Positions 1 to 10,688 of a stretch of 64,000 bases of DNA are shown here, in pieces. The stretch lies in assembly GCF_044324785.1 (NCBI RefSeq), contig NZ_CP172127.1. The stretch is one strand, 5' to 3'. The number at the start of each line of letters is the position of its first letter. The first letter of the stretch is position 1. Both the position numbers and the translations under genes were made by a program. This DNA is from Escherichia coli. GTDB taxonomy: Bacteria; Pseudomonadota; Gammaproteobacteria; Enterobacterales; Enterobacteriaceae. The notes under the pieces were generated by a model. That model worked only from the letters and a program-made list of their open reading frames with translations. It was not told where the DNA came from and did no database searches.

Positions 1-797
1 CTATTCTGAACCCGTCATCACCTTTATAGCTAAGAGTATGACTTCGCCAGTGTTGATACTGTGGATAACGGTGATTAAGGAATTACTGTTAATGATCTGT
101 TCCTGCAGCTCACCTGATGAGTTTTGGTAGTAATACGTAAAAGAGTATGCCTCATGTCATTAAAAAGTCTTCCGGAGTGTTGTTTAACCCTGTACCTCTG
201 TTACTCATGTAGTACGTTGCGGAAAGCTACGTTAATTGTAATATCTGGTTATGGCGTTATGCCTTCAGTATTAAAAACATCTTTTACCGGAGAAACTGGG
301 AAGTGGAAAGGCTTTCGGGATAACGTCAGGCCATTATGACGATATTACGTTAATCACAGTACAAGATAACGAGAGGGTAATGGAATTTTAAACCAGAGTA
401 GTTCCACTGTTGTTCACTGGAAAAAGTGATTTCCCACGCGCGTTATAAGCTTACTCCAGAGGAGATGGAAGCCTTCAACTCTGCGGTCGATCACCGGCTG
501 GCAGAACTGACCATGAACAAACTTTACGATCGTGTTCCCGCTTCAGTCTGGAAATATGTTACCTGATAAATGTTTCTGATGAAGTACAGTCGTCACAATG
601 ACATCACTTCAGATATTATCTGCGCTGTGATTGACTGTCACGTATGCCGTTCTCTGTATGGTTCTGATACCCGGGTGTGGTCCCACTTTCTCTGTGGCGC
701 CCGGGGAGTTGTGAACCTGCACGTCTTCGTGTGATAACGTTTTCTTCAAAAATTACGCCAGCGCTTCTTCCTGTGTTACAGAACACGAGGAAGAAAC

Positions 798-1397
798 ATG
801 AAGACTTACAACACCAATCCCGGTTACGAAATGGATCCCCAGCTCCTGACACACTTTAACCAGCATCTGGATTCATTATTCGGGGTATATTCGAAACTGT
901 TACCGTTCAGAATGGATTTTGCTTACCGAAAAAACACCCTCAGCTACAGATGTGCCTGCAGGTACGCCATGTGCGCGGAGATACTGCGACTGATTAACGA
1001 AGTGGGAGAGAAACTGGTCGGGTATGCCTGGGTAATGGAATATACGGAACGTAAAGGGCTTCACATTCATTTTGTGGGCTATCTGAACGGTCAGAGCCAC
1101 AGGAGTTCGTATCTGGTATCCAGATTGATGGGAGATATCTGGAGGCGGGTTACCGGGGGGGATGGTTACTACCACTGGTGCCGGTTTAATAAAAATTATC
1201 CGGTAAACATTAACCACGTCATTCACTATTCAGATCACAAAGCGGTGAATGCCTTACGCTATGCCATCAGCTACCTGGCCAAACGAGAACAGAAAGAATG
1301 TGGCATCATCCTGAAATGCAGCGGGCTTCCTGAAAAAAGTAATCGGGGTCGACCGCGACTGGGCAGCCCCCTGCCGGAGACTTATTCTCTGGTGTAA
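798..1397 (+). CDS. YagK/YfjJ-family protein (inovirus Gp2-like), cryptic-prophage backbone gene
   Basis: 199-aa ORF; family resemblance including an H-x-H motif (GLHIHFVGY) and C-terminal RYAISYLAKREQ segment; paralog of ORF at 29921. Confidence 0.65.
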   Translation: MKTYNTNPGYEMDPQLLTHFNQHLDSLFGVYSKLLPFRMDFAYRKNTLSYRCACRYAMCAEILRLINEVGEKLVGYAWVMEYTERKGLHIHFVGYLNGQSHRSSYLVSRLMGDIWRRVTGGDGYYHWCRFNKNYPVNINHVIHYSDHKAVNALRYAISYLAKREQKECGIILKCSGLPEKSNRGRPRLGSPLPETYSLV

Positions 1398-1762
1398 GAC
1401 CCTGAACGACAACTACGGGCTGGCGCTAATTGTTACAGTCGGTTCCGGAGGCCACTTCAGGGACTCTGCGCATTTTTTACGACATGGCTATTCCGTATGA
1501 ACCATACGGAGATTTAACCATGGCACATTCTTTACCATTCCTTCCGGCAACCGATACAGCACATCCTCCGATGTCCATCCCTGCCTGCTGACAGTTTTTT
1601 ACGCCGGAGGGCCATTGTGTGACAACCACAGTGCTGTAACAGCAACCAGCCTGCTTTACCCAAACTCCAGTCCAGATTTTAACTGAACCGCCATTCACAC
1701 CCTGACCACACTGCCCGTACCGGGACAGCTGTTGCCTGCGTGTCGTCTGGCTGCTGAGGAAT

Positions 1763-2152
1763 ATGACGATGTACGCAAAATCCTTTATTGCATTTGATGG
1801 CAACGGGCGTCTGACGGGTGCCCGTACCGCACAGACTGCACCTTACGATCGCTACACTTGCCACCTTTGCGGCAGTGCGCTCAGATACCACCCGCAATAC
1901 GACACTGAGCGTCCCTGGTTTGAACACACTGACGACGGGCTGACGGAGCACGGTCAGCAGTGCCCTTATGTCAGACCGGAACGCAGGGAGATACAACTGA
2001 TTAAGCGTCTGCAGCAATTCGTACCGGATGCCTTACCCGTGGTGCGTAAAGCCAGCCGGCACTGCAGACAATGTCATCACGATTATTATGGGGAGCGGTA
2101 CTGCACGCACAGCCATACCGGGCACTTCAGTGAGGAGGGGGTGGCAGAATGA
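1763..2152 (+). CDS. Cys-rich putative zinc-ribbon protein (CxxCG...WFEH motif), unknown function
   Basis: 129-aa ORF; CHLCGS...PWFEH plus C-terminal CRQCHH..C..H cluster; stop overlaps start of the next paralogous ORF (ATGA at 2149-2152). Confidence 0.45.
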   Translation: MTMYAKSFIAFDGNGRLTGARTAQTAPYDRYTCHLCGSALRYHPQYDTERPWFEHTDDGLTEHGQQCPYVRPERREIQLIKRLQQFVPDALPVVRKASRHCRQCHHDYYGERYCTHSHTGHFSEEGVAE

Positions 2153-2574
2153 ACGGTATAAAAACGGGGCTGGGGATCACGCCGGGTGAACACATTATCA
2201 GTGCTGATTCTGCGCTCAGCAGAAATATCCGGCAGTGTTTCTGCCTTTCCTGTCATGGCCGGTTGATTTTGCAGACAGATGCTCAGGGGGCGTGGTTTGA
2301 GCACGATTTACATGTCCTGAGCGAGCAACAGAAGGCAGCCTGCGTGGTGCTGAATCCGGAAAAGTCCCACCCTTACATTGAGGATATGGAGATGTTTTTA
2401 TCGCCATTACCGGTCGTGCTGGAGTGGCATTGTGTGATGTGTGAGCAGTTTTTTCATGGGAAGAAATTCTGTGAGGCCTGTGGTACGGGGATTTATTGCA
2501 GAGCGGTATGTACGAAGTCTGTTTACAGCTACCAGCCAGACTTGTTTCAGGACTGCGGAGGTGCGAGTACTTAA
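2149..2574 (+). CDS. Cys-rich putative zinc-ribbon protein, paralog of the upstream ORF
   Basis: 141-aa ORF; CLSCHG...AWFEH motif and C-terminal CVMCEQ..CEACG..C cluster; 4-bp overlap with upstream gene suggests translational coupling. Confidence 0.45.
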   Translation: MNGIKTGLGITPGEHIISADSALSRNIRQCFCLSCHGRLILQTDAQGAWFEHDLHVLSEQQKAACVVLNPEKSHPYIEDMEMFLSPLPVVLEWHCVMCEQFFHGKKFCEACGTGIYCRAVCTKSVYSYQPDLFQDCGGAST

Positions 2575-2724
2575 TCCGAAATGCCCGACCTGCTCAGGGC
2601 GTTCAGAAGTATCGGAACCTGCATTTTATCTGGTGTTTCGCACCCACCCCGTTCGTGACACAAAGGCGCGACACCGGATATCCGCAGTCCTGCTTACCTG
2701 AATAAAACCCGGGGTATTGATTGT

Positions 2725-2781
2725 GTACTGTGGTGCGAAATCGCACCGTGATCGCGGATTCGCCGAATCCGCACTGTGGTG
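2725..2781. repeat. Two adjacent perfect hairpins flanked by a 9-bp direct repeat (ACTGTGGTG)
   Basis: GGTGCGAAATCGCACC (2732-2747) and GCGGATTCGCCGAATCCGC (2754-2772); ACTGTGGTG at 2727-2735 and 2773-2781. Confidence 0.5.
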
Positions 2782-3045
2782 TCAACCAACCATACGCGAG
2801 AGTCCTCTCCGTATTTATCAGTGCCTCAGGACGATTTCTGCATAGTTAATCCAGGGGGCTGCATTGTTTATTTCCCTGCTAATGGACGTGACATCCAGGA
2901 TATTCATGATCCTGATTTCCCTGAGCAGTATCAGCGCTTATTGGAGCGTCTGGATTATCAGACGATGCCCGGTACTAAAGCATCAGGCCAGCGTAACTCT
3001 GGCTACAGCGGTTTTTGACCTGTTGTAACTGTAAGGTGATTTATT

Positions 3046-3612
3046 ATGTATACAGAATCAAATGTTAAGCTTTCCTGTAACGCCCTCTGGCAAAAGTGTG
3101 TCCTTGCAACTCTGTATCGGGCTGCAGCCACACATCCTGAAATTAAATTATTACAATTTAAATTAATACCAGGGCAGGGTATTAATAAGGCCATTCCCTC
3201 TCTGATGGCTGATTTTACTGGTGAACTGCATAGACTCATTTCTGAATATTTGCAGTGTAAGCGACGTAAAGAGCAATCTGTTGAGCCCACCCCTTTATAT
3301 TATCTCTGGAGTAGGGAAGCTGTGGCTAACGATACCACTCCTTATCTTATGGTGCTGCTACTTAATAACGATGTCTGGTGTAAGAGTCGTGAGGTGGTGG
3401 TTCTCAGAAATCTGATTGAGCAGGCGTGGGGAAAAGTATTGGGTGAAGATAACTCCATTACACATCTGGTTGTGTATCCTGAAGTGCTGTCGTTGGTATT
3501 TGATGCAGCTAACACATACAACGCTGAGCCTGCTGTACTGGAACAGACGGCCCGGGCTTACATTGAATCACATGGTACCATTGAACGTCATCTTGGGTGT
3601 AGTGACTTTTAA
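3046..3612 (+). CDS. Gp2/YagK-like family paralog with degenerate H-x-H region
   Basis: 188-aa ORF; PYLMVLLLNNDVWCKS aligns with HYHVILLLNKDTWCSP of the ORF at 25669. Confidence 0.45.
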   Translation: MYTESNVKLSCNALWQKCVLATLYRAAATHPEIKLLQFKLIPGQGINKAIPSLMADFTGELHRLISEYLQCKRRKEQSVEPTPLYYLWSREAVANDTTPYLMVLLLNNDVWCKSREVVVLRNLIEQAWGKVLGEDNSITHLVVYPEVLSLVFDAANTYNAEPAVLEQTARAYIESHGTIERHLGCSDF

Positions 3613-3724
3613 CGTCAGGTGATGCATAAGGGCCTTTCGCTGAGAGGCCCTGTTTACACAATTAAATAAATCGAGCCCGACCAACAATTTTGATGTTAAC
3701 AGCAGGATTATTGAGGGGCAATCA

Positions 3725-3830
3725 ATGTGTTCTTCGGTAGCGATTACGGTAGTGAACGGACCTGCTGTCTGAATGGCATCGATCCGCAAGCGTATCGGCG
3801 CCATATTCTGAGCGTACTACTGAAATGGCT
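3725..3830 (+). pseudogene. IS66-family transposase C-terminal remnant
   Basis: Translation FFGSDYGSER..CCLNGIDPQAYRRHILSVLLKW matches the C-terminus of the IS66 transposase at 57024-57383 (FFGSDHGGERGALLYGLIGTCRLNGIDPEAYLRHILSVLPEW) with a frame disruption; approximate bounds. Confidence 0.5.
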
Positions 3831-3957
3831 AATGGCAGTAAAGAGAGACTTTACGTATATTTGCATAAAGCAGGATTTTACGACTAGTCAACATTCTTTA
3901 TAATTCTTCAGGTTCAGAGTATCTGACATATAGGGTTATGTATTGGGGAGACATTTA

Positions 3958-4659
3958 ATGTTTGGCCATCTGTTACGATACTTTAGTTTCTGTAAAAAAG
4001 ATTTATTAGTATTTCATCCTGAATCTGATTACTCAGATAATTTACATAAAGCCTTCTCTTTTACAAAAAGGCTAGGATTTAATGAAGAATGGAATGGGGT
4101 CACAAAAAACAAAGAATATGATTATCAGGATGTATTCAGTCATGTCTGTCTGCAGTCTGGTGTGACAGACTTTTCCGCTTCAGCAGGACAATGCTTAAAG
4201 TGGAGTCATTATTTTCAGCCATATTTTGAGAATATCCTTGAATGTCGGGTATGGGTTACCGTTGGACAACTCTGGAAACAGGAACGATTTATTTACAATC
4301 CGTCAGTTGCGGATTTTCAGCGCTGGTCTGAAAAAGGGATTCAGCCTGAAGATTTTAGACATCACTCGGGGTTTAACTTTCATGCGTGGTTGACGACGGA
4401 AAATGGTGTGATTGTGGATGTTTCCTTTATGAGTACGTTATCGCGGCGATTACCTGAACACCTGAGTGAAGTCAGTGGAAGTGTGATTATTGGCACGCCA
4501 GAGACGGTTCTTCCTGAGTATAAATATGTTCCCATGATTGTCGGTCAGAGGATTGTTGAGAAAATAGAAAAACGCTCTTTCATTGGTTTTCTGGCGCACG
4601 ACGATATTGATTTATATACAGTACCTGCAATCTTGGTTCCGGTATGGAAAGAATGTTAA
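3958..4659 (+). CDS. Hypothetical protein, no recognisable family; orphan cargo gene
   Basis: ORF 3943-4659; likely ATG at 3958 preceded by GGGGAG; AT-rich upstream region; flanked by IS66 and IS21 remnants. Confidence 0.5.
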   Translation: MFGHLLRYFSFCKKDLLVFHPESDYSDNLHKAFSFTKRLGFNEEWNGVTKNKEYDYQDVFSHVCLQSGVTDFSASAGQCLKWSHYFQPYFENILECRVWVTVGQLWKQERFIYNPSVADFQRWSEKGIQPEDFRHHSGFNFHAWLTTENGVIVDVSFMSTLSRRLPEHLSEVSGSVIIGTPETVLPEYKYVPMIVGQRIVEKIEKRSFIGFLAHDDIDLYTVPAILVPVWKEC

Positions 4660-4978
4660 AGCACGGAATAACACTATGCACTTACCGCTTTCCGGAACTC
4701 AGCTTGTTACCTGAGCGGTCAACAGAGCAGTCTTTCAGTGTCTGCACTTGGTTGCCACTAAACCGGAGTCATTTATCAGAAGTATATGTTCATGGAAGGA
4801 TATTGTCAGCGCCAGTGATATAAGACGGTAATGAGGATAGCCACCCCGCATGGGTTTCCTCAACACTGGTCACTGTGACAAGCGCACCATGATCGTCTTT
4901 GTATCGCTGATTGACTTTCGATAATAGAACATCTTCTGACATAAATTTTAGTACGGTAACAATTAACTAAATTTTCAT

Positions 4979-5245
4979 GTGGTAGCACTGAATCAGGAGA
5001 CTGCGTTTCCTGATGTGTGCTTCTGCAGCCGTTACCGGATACAGACTTCGATACCAGTTACTTCGACATCCGCCATGTGTCCTGGGACCCGCTATAACGA
5101 AGTTGGAGGTAATCAGTACAGCGTTCCCGAAATGCTGTGTGGTCAGCCAGTCTCGATACGAATATCGCTGAACGATGAGTTGCGGATCTACAGTAATGAG
5201 AAACTGGTGGCCTCACATCGCCTCTGCTCAGTGTCGTCTGGCTAG
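4979..5245 (+). pseudogene. Possible IS21-family IstA C-terminal fragment
   Basis: Segment YSVPEMLCGQPVSIRISLNDELRIYSNEKLVASHRL resembles IstA C-terminal region; weak, by eye. Confidence 0.3.
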
Positions 5246-5389
5246 CAGATAGTACCGGAACCTCACGCCCCGCTCTGGCAGCAGATCAGTCAGGTGGAAC
5301 ATCGACCACTGAGTGCCTATGAGGAGCTGTTGTGATGCATGTGTCAACGACGGATGAAAGTGGCTCTTCCGCAACCTGGGTGGAGATTT

Positions 5390-6816
5390 TCATGCCAGTG
5401 GACTCATTACCCTCTGCCTGAGTAGTTCAAATCCTGCTCGACCATACATCTGGCGTTTCAGCATCTTCAGGCGATTTACATGACCTTCGACAACACCATT
5501 ACTCCAGTGACTACTGATTGCCTCACATATAGCTGCAGCATCAGCTTCCATCCCCGCCGCCACGCGCCGAAATTCTGCTGAACCGCTTTCGTGGACTCGA
5601 GTGAACCAACTGCTTAGCTGTGATTTATTTTGGGTTTTCAGAATACGGTAGAACTCGAGTGCCAGTTGCTGCGCTATTTTCAGCTCAGGTTCTTTTTCAC
5701 ACATCAGACTAATAAATCGGGAAGCATAATTTTCTTCATCCCTGGTTATTCTCCAGGGCATCAACCAGCGGCTTACCCGGGACACTGAAGGAAGTCTGAC
5801 GGCAGTAGTAACCGGTGGGTTCCAGCCTTTACGCCATTTGGCAACCGCATCCCTGACGATGGTTTCACTGCCTGTAAATCCCCGGGCCACCATTTCCCGC
5901 CATATCCGGCTGGCGTTATAATTACCACTTTCTCGTTGCTCTTTTAACCACTCCCTCCATGGGTCCAGAAGCCCTCGCTTTGGCGGTCGGGTTGACATTT
6001 CAGGGAATGTTCCTGAACGCACCCAGCGACTGACTGTCACACGCGACAGGCCTGTAATACGGGATATTTCCCTGAAACTACATCCCTTGTTATGCAGGGC
6101 CATAACCTCTGTCCAACGCTGATGCCGTTTTTTGCGGGTTTGTTGTTTTAGGCGTTCCGGACGACGGAGCGATGCTGCAGGCACAGATGGTTCTGGATCA
6201 GGTGATTTCTTTGGTGACAACTCACTGGCAACAAGACGTATCAGAGGTATATGTCTATACATCATTCGTTCAGGCGCATCGCCAATATTTTTTAGCAGAT
6301 GCCATCGATCGGCCACCTGTCTGGCCTGAGGTGCACCTTCACGTGCTGCTGTCGCATAGACTCCACTGCGATCACGCGAGACAATCTGTATTTCCGGATA
6401 TTTTCTGAACCAGGTCGCCAGCGTACGCTGATCACGGCCGGGAAGCAGGACGAGGGGACGGTGAGTATCAAGATTGACGATTAACGTACCGTAACGGTGG
6501 CCCCGATGCCACGCCCACTCATCAATACCGACATGAGGCGAGCCTGACTGTTTCGTCTCCGGGGTATTGATAACCCTGCGAAGGAGAGTATCAGCACTGC
6601 AACGGAGACCCACTGCCGTTGCTGCCCGTTTCCCGGCCTCACCTCCGGCGATTAATCCCAGTTGACGTTGTAAATTTTGTAACGCCTGTGAAGACTGTTG
6701 GTGTGAACCGGCGAAGGGAGCAAGCGACTCGGCAAAAATTTTACGTGAACAAGCCGGGTTACGGCAGTACCAGTGGCGGACAGAAAATACAAGCCATAGC
6801 GTATGTCCTGAGCAGG
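5390..6816 (-). pseudogene. ISL3-family transposase, N-terminus interrupted by IS2
   Basis: C-terminal SNGVVEGHVNRLKMLKRQMYGRAGFELLRQRV signature; RHWYCRNPAC zinc knuckle and VGIDEWAWHRGHRYGTLIV DDE region; first 13 codons of track ORF 5390-6853 are encoded by the IS2 right end. Confidence 0.6.
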
Positions 6817-6827
6817 TGGATTTGCCC

Positions 6828-7733
6828 CTATATTTCCAGACACCTGTTATCACTTAACCCATTACTGGCCTGCTGCCGCAGATATTCCCGTGGCGAGCGA
6901 TAACCCAGTGCACTATGCGGATGCCATTCGTTATAATGCTCGAACGCCTCTGCAAGGTTCTTTGCTGCCGTTAACCCGTCTGGTTTAGGCATGATACTGA
7001 TGTAGTCACGCTTTATCGTTTTCACGAAGCTCTCTGCTATGCCGTTACTCTCCGGACTCCGCACCGCCGTGTTCTTCGGTTCAAGCCCCAACATCCGGGC
7101 AAACTGCCGTGTTTCATTAGCCCGGTAGCATGAACCATTATCCGTCAGCCACTCTACTGGAGACGCCGGAAGCTCGTTGCCGAAGCGGCGTTCCACCGCT
7201 CCTGGCATGACGTCCTGTACTGTTTCACTGTCGAAGCCGCCCGTAGTGACTGCCCAGTGCAGTGCCTCACGGTCACAGCAGTCCAGCGCGAACGTGACTC
7301 GCAGTTTTTCTCCGTTATCACAGCGGAACTCGAACCCGTCAGAGCACCATCGTTGATTGCTTTCTTTCACGGCCACTTTGCCAGTATGTGCCCGTTTCGA
7401 TGGCGGTACAGCGGTTTTTCGCTCAAGCAACAGCGCATTCTGGCGCATGATCCGGTAAACACGTTTGGCATTGATCGCAGGCATACCATCAAGTTCGGCC
7501 TGTCTGCGAAGCAGCGCCCATACCCGACGATAACCATACGTGGGCAGCTCTCCGATAACATGGTGTATACGGAGAAGCACATCCGTATCATCTGAGTGAC
7601 GGCTGCGGCGACCATCTTTCCAGTCATCGGTTCGTCTGAGAATTACGTGCAACTGCGCACGCGACACCCGGAGACAACGGCTGACTAAGCTTACTCCCCA
7701 TCCCCGGGCAATAAGGGCGCGTGCGCTATCCAC
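6828..7733 (-). CDS. insD: IS2 transposase OrfB (InsD)
   Basis: 301-aa ORF with rve-type DDE integrase core; recognised as IS2 InsD from memory. Confidence 0.9.
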
Positions 7734-8056
7734 TTTTTTGCACGCCCGTATTCAACGGCTTCTTTAAGGAGTTCATTTTCCATCGTTTTTTTGCCGAGCA
7801 GGCGCTGGAGTTCTTTAATCTGCTTCATGGCAGCAGCAAGTTCAGAGGCAGGAACGACCTGCTCTCCTGCGGCCACAGCAGTAAGACTTCCCTCCTGGTA
7901 TTGCTTGCGCCAGAGAAATAACTGGCTGGCTGCCACACCGTGTTGCCGGGCAACAAGGGAGACCGTCATTCCCGGTTCAAAACTCTGCTGAACAATAGCG
8001 ATCTTTTCCTGTGTAGTACGCCGTCTGCGTTTCTCCGGTCCTAAGACATCAATCAT
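7691..8056 (-). CDS. insC: IS2 OrfA (InsC)
   Basis: Starts [27 protein letters not shown] protein overlapping orfB as in IS2. Confidence 0.85.
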
Positions 8057-8613
8057 CTGCTCTCCAATGACTAGTCTAAAAACTAGTATTAAGACTATCA
8101 CTTATTTAAGTGATATTGGTTGTCTGGAGATTCATGGGGCCAGTCTAATGTGTATCCGGGATGGATGTTTACCAGAACCTTCTCTGTTCCAGTGTGTGGA
8201 GTTTTACAGAAGAGGCGACTGTATGCAACTCTTGCCCCGTAACTGTCTTTATTCGTTTCTCCACACTCTCCGGACATTGTAAATTCCAGATGTGTGGCAG
8301 TGTGTTTTTCGTAAATCGTACACAATGCATTTTTACACGGAGTTCAGCCAGTCGTATCACTGAGAGTTTTTTTCTGATTTGTACCACTCATGCAGCAGTG
8401 ATAAGGAGATATTTTCTCTGTCGGGCCAGCAGGGGCGGTGCCACCTGTTTAGTTTTCTTATGTTTGGTAAAAGAGAGGCTAAAATATATACAACAGGCGT
8501 ATGTAATGATTCATATTGTTAATCATTAACCAGTAAGAATTAATGTAGTGGATCGGTAATTCAGGACACCTCGAAATCCTGTTAATGTTAAAACAGTGAA
8601 AATGGGGTGATGC

Positions 8614-8931
8614 ATGAGCAAAACTCGTCGGACTAAACGCACCTTTTCCCCGGAGTTCAGGCTCGAAGCTATCGAGCAAGTAGTTAAATACCAGCGCGAT
8701 GTCAGAGAAGTCGCGCTGGCACTTGAGCTCAATCCTGACCATTTGCGTAAATGGATACGGTTGTATAAGCTGGAACTTCAGGGTATTGAGCCCGCTGGTA
8801 ATGCCATACCCCTGAACAGCGAGAAATTCAGCAGCTTAAAAGCGCAGATAAAGCGCCTTGAGATGGAAAAAGAAATACTAAAGCAGGCTGCCGTGCTGAT
8901 GAGCGAAATCCCCGGCAAGCTGTCGCGCTAA
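8614..8931 (+). CDS. IS3-family transposase OrfA (HTH plus leucine zipper), element truncated downstream
   Basis: 105-aa ORF MSKTRRTKRTFSPEFRLEAIEQV...LEMEKEILKQAAVLM; only the first codons of an orfB follow before the adjoining IS-like copy at about 9062. Confidence 0.65.
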   Translation: MSKTRRTKRTFSPEFRLEAIEQVVKYQRDVREVALALELNPDHLRKWIRLYKLELQGIEPAGNAIPLNSEKFSSLKAQIKRLEMEKEILKQAAVLMSEIPGKLSR

Positions 8932-9061
8932 TCACACTGCTGAAAGCAAAGCGGCCAGTGCGGATTATTTGTCATTTATTCGGTGTTCACCGTAGCGTTT
9001 ATTACGCGCAGGTGAAGCGTCCTGTTAATGTATCAGCGCCAATGATATAAGACAGTAATTA

Positions 9062-10688
9062 GGATTCGGACGATTTCCTGGACTGCTTTATTATGCCAGC
9101 CCGCATTGTTGGCGGTACATTTCAGGGATGACTGCACCCAGCGAAAATTTTATACGCCGCTCGTTATACCATCTGATGTAAGCATCCACATGCCGCATGA
9201 ATTTTTCAGGCGTGATACCCAATCATTTACGCCCATAATATATTTCAGTTTTCAGTCTGCCGAAAAAGCCTTCGCATGCAGCATTATCAGGCGAGCATCC
9301 TTTACGGGACATTGAGCGAATAAGGCCTGCTGTATTCACTCTTTCCAGCCAGGCCAGCGATAATGCCCACCTCTGTCACTGTGTATCACCGGTCGTTCGC
9401 CAGCATTTAACGTTTCGACAGCGTTATCCAGCATAGTGTTGACCAGTTCAGCATCGGGGCGTGTACTGAGAGACCAGCTCACAACTTTTCTGTCGAAGCA
9501 GTCCACCACCGGTGATAGCCAGACTTTTCCTGCAGGAAGCTGGAACTCCGTGATATCTGTCAGCCATTTCTGATTAGGTTGCTCCGCCTTAAAATCTCTG
9601 GCGATAAGGTTATCCGGAGAAGGTCCGATTTCTCCGCAATATGAGCTGTAGCGGCGATGACGGTTACGGCTGACGACAAGCTGTTCCTCCACCATAAGTC
9701 TGCGTACAACCTTTTCTGATAGCCGATCCCCCTCATGCCTGAGCATCGCATGCAGGCGACGATAGCCATAACACTGGTAATTACTGTTAAATATATCTGT
9801 CAGCATCGTACGTATCGTGGCGTATTTATCACTGGCTTTCAGTGCAGCCCGGTGATAAAAATAACTGCTACGGGCAAGGCCCAGAACATGCAGTAATTCT
9901 GTCAGGGGATATGTTTATCTCAGGGCATCAGTAATCTTTGTTTTTTCTCTGTTGTTCAGGTGACTGATGCTGATGCCCGGGTCTTTTTTTATTATTTCCT
10001 CCGCTTTTTTCAGAATATCCAGTTCCATCTGCCGGCGGCGTATTTCCTGATTCAGTCGGGCGACTTCCTCCCGCAACGCATCGCGTTCTGCCTCCAGGGA
10101 AGGGGCGTTATGTTTACGCATAGTCTGGTAAGCACTGTTGCCGATAATTTCATCTTTCCATTTATACAATACCGCGCGACTGACACCAATACGCCTGGCG
10201 ATTTCACTGGCTGATCCTTGTCGTGTACAGAGTACCATGACAGCCTGACGTTTGACTTCTGGTTCAAAGGACGCAACCGGATTGGTCTTACTGGTAAATA
10301 CACGTCGTCTGTCGGGGGAACGTTCATTAACCCAGCGAGCGAGCATATCGGTACAGGGATAACCCAGAGTCCTGCTGGTAAACGCCAGGCAGCAGCCGTG
10401 GTTAAGATAATGTTCAACGGCAACCTGTTTTTGCTCATCGGAGTAACGGTGCTTATGACGAATGGATTCTTTTGATCCGCCACCTGCTTCCCATGAACGG
10501 ATCCAACGCCGCAGATTTCTTTTCGAAGGGTAGCCCAGTTCGCGTACGACGGGGCCAGCTTCTTACCATATTTGAAATAAAGCTCAATGGTGCGAATTTT
10601 TTGTTCTTCAGTAAACATGTTTCATCTCCTGAGAGTCCAGGAAATCGTCCGCATCCCCTAACGGTCAAAAATCGTGGCGTTGATACAG
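9062..10688 (-). mobile_element. DDE (rve) IS-like element, copy 1, decayed; about 50-bp terminal inverted repeats
   Basis: Left end TGTATCAACGCCACGATTTTTGACCG (reverse complement at 10688); right IR lacks about 35 terminal bp; transposase carries a 1-bp frameshift after MFTEEQKIRTIELYFKYGKKLA, a TAA where copy 2 has CAA (Gln), and further shifts near the 3' end. Confidence 0.65.

Larger units (their letters stand above)
6817..8147 (-). mobile_element. IS2 (IS3 family), full length 1331 bp
   Basis: Canonical ends TGGATTTGCCCCTATATTTCCAGACACC (6817-) and GGTTGTCTGGAGATTCATGGGGCCAGTCTA (-8147); orfA and orfB intact. Confidence 0.9.

Noticed and set aside
124-339. 71-aa ORF near the window start
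   Set aside because: No ribosome-binding site and no similarity to anything recognisable; probably chance.
401-567. Short open frame ending ...[39 protein letters not shown]
   Set aside because: Looks protein-like but has an upstream in-frame stop and no clear start; could be a gene remnant, but too short and unsupported to annotate.
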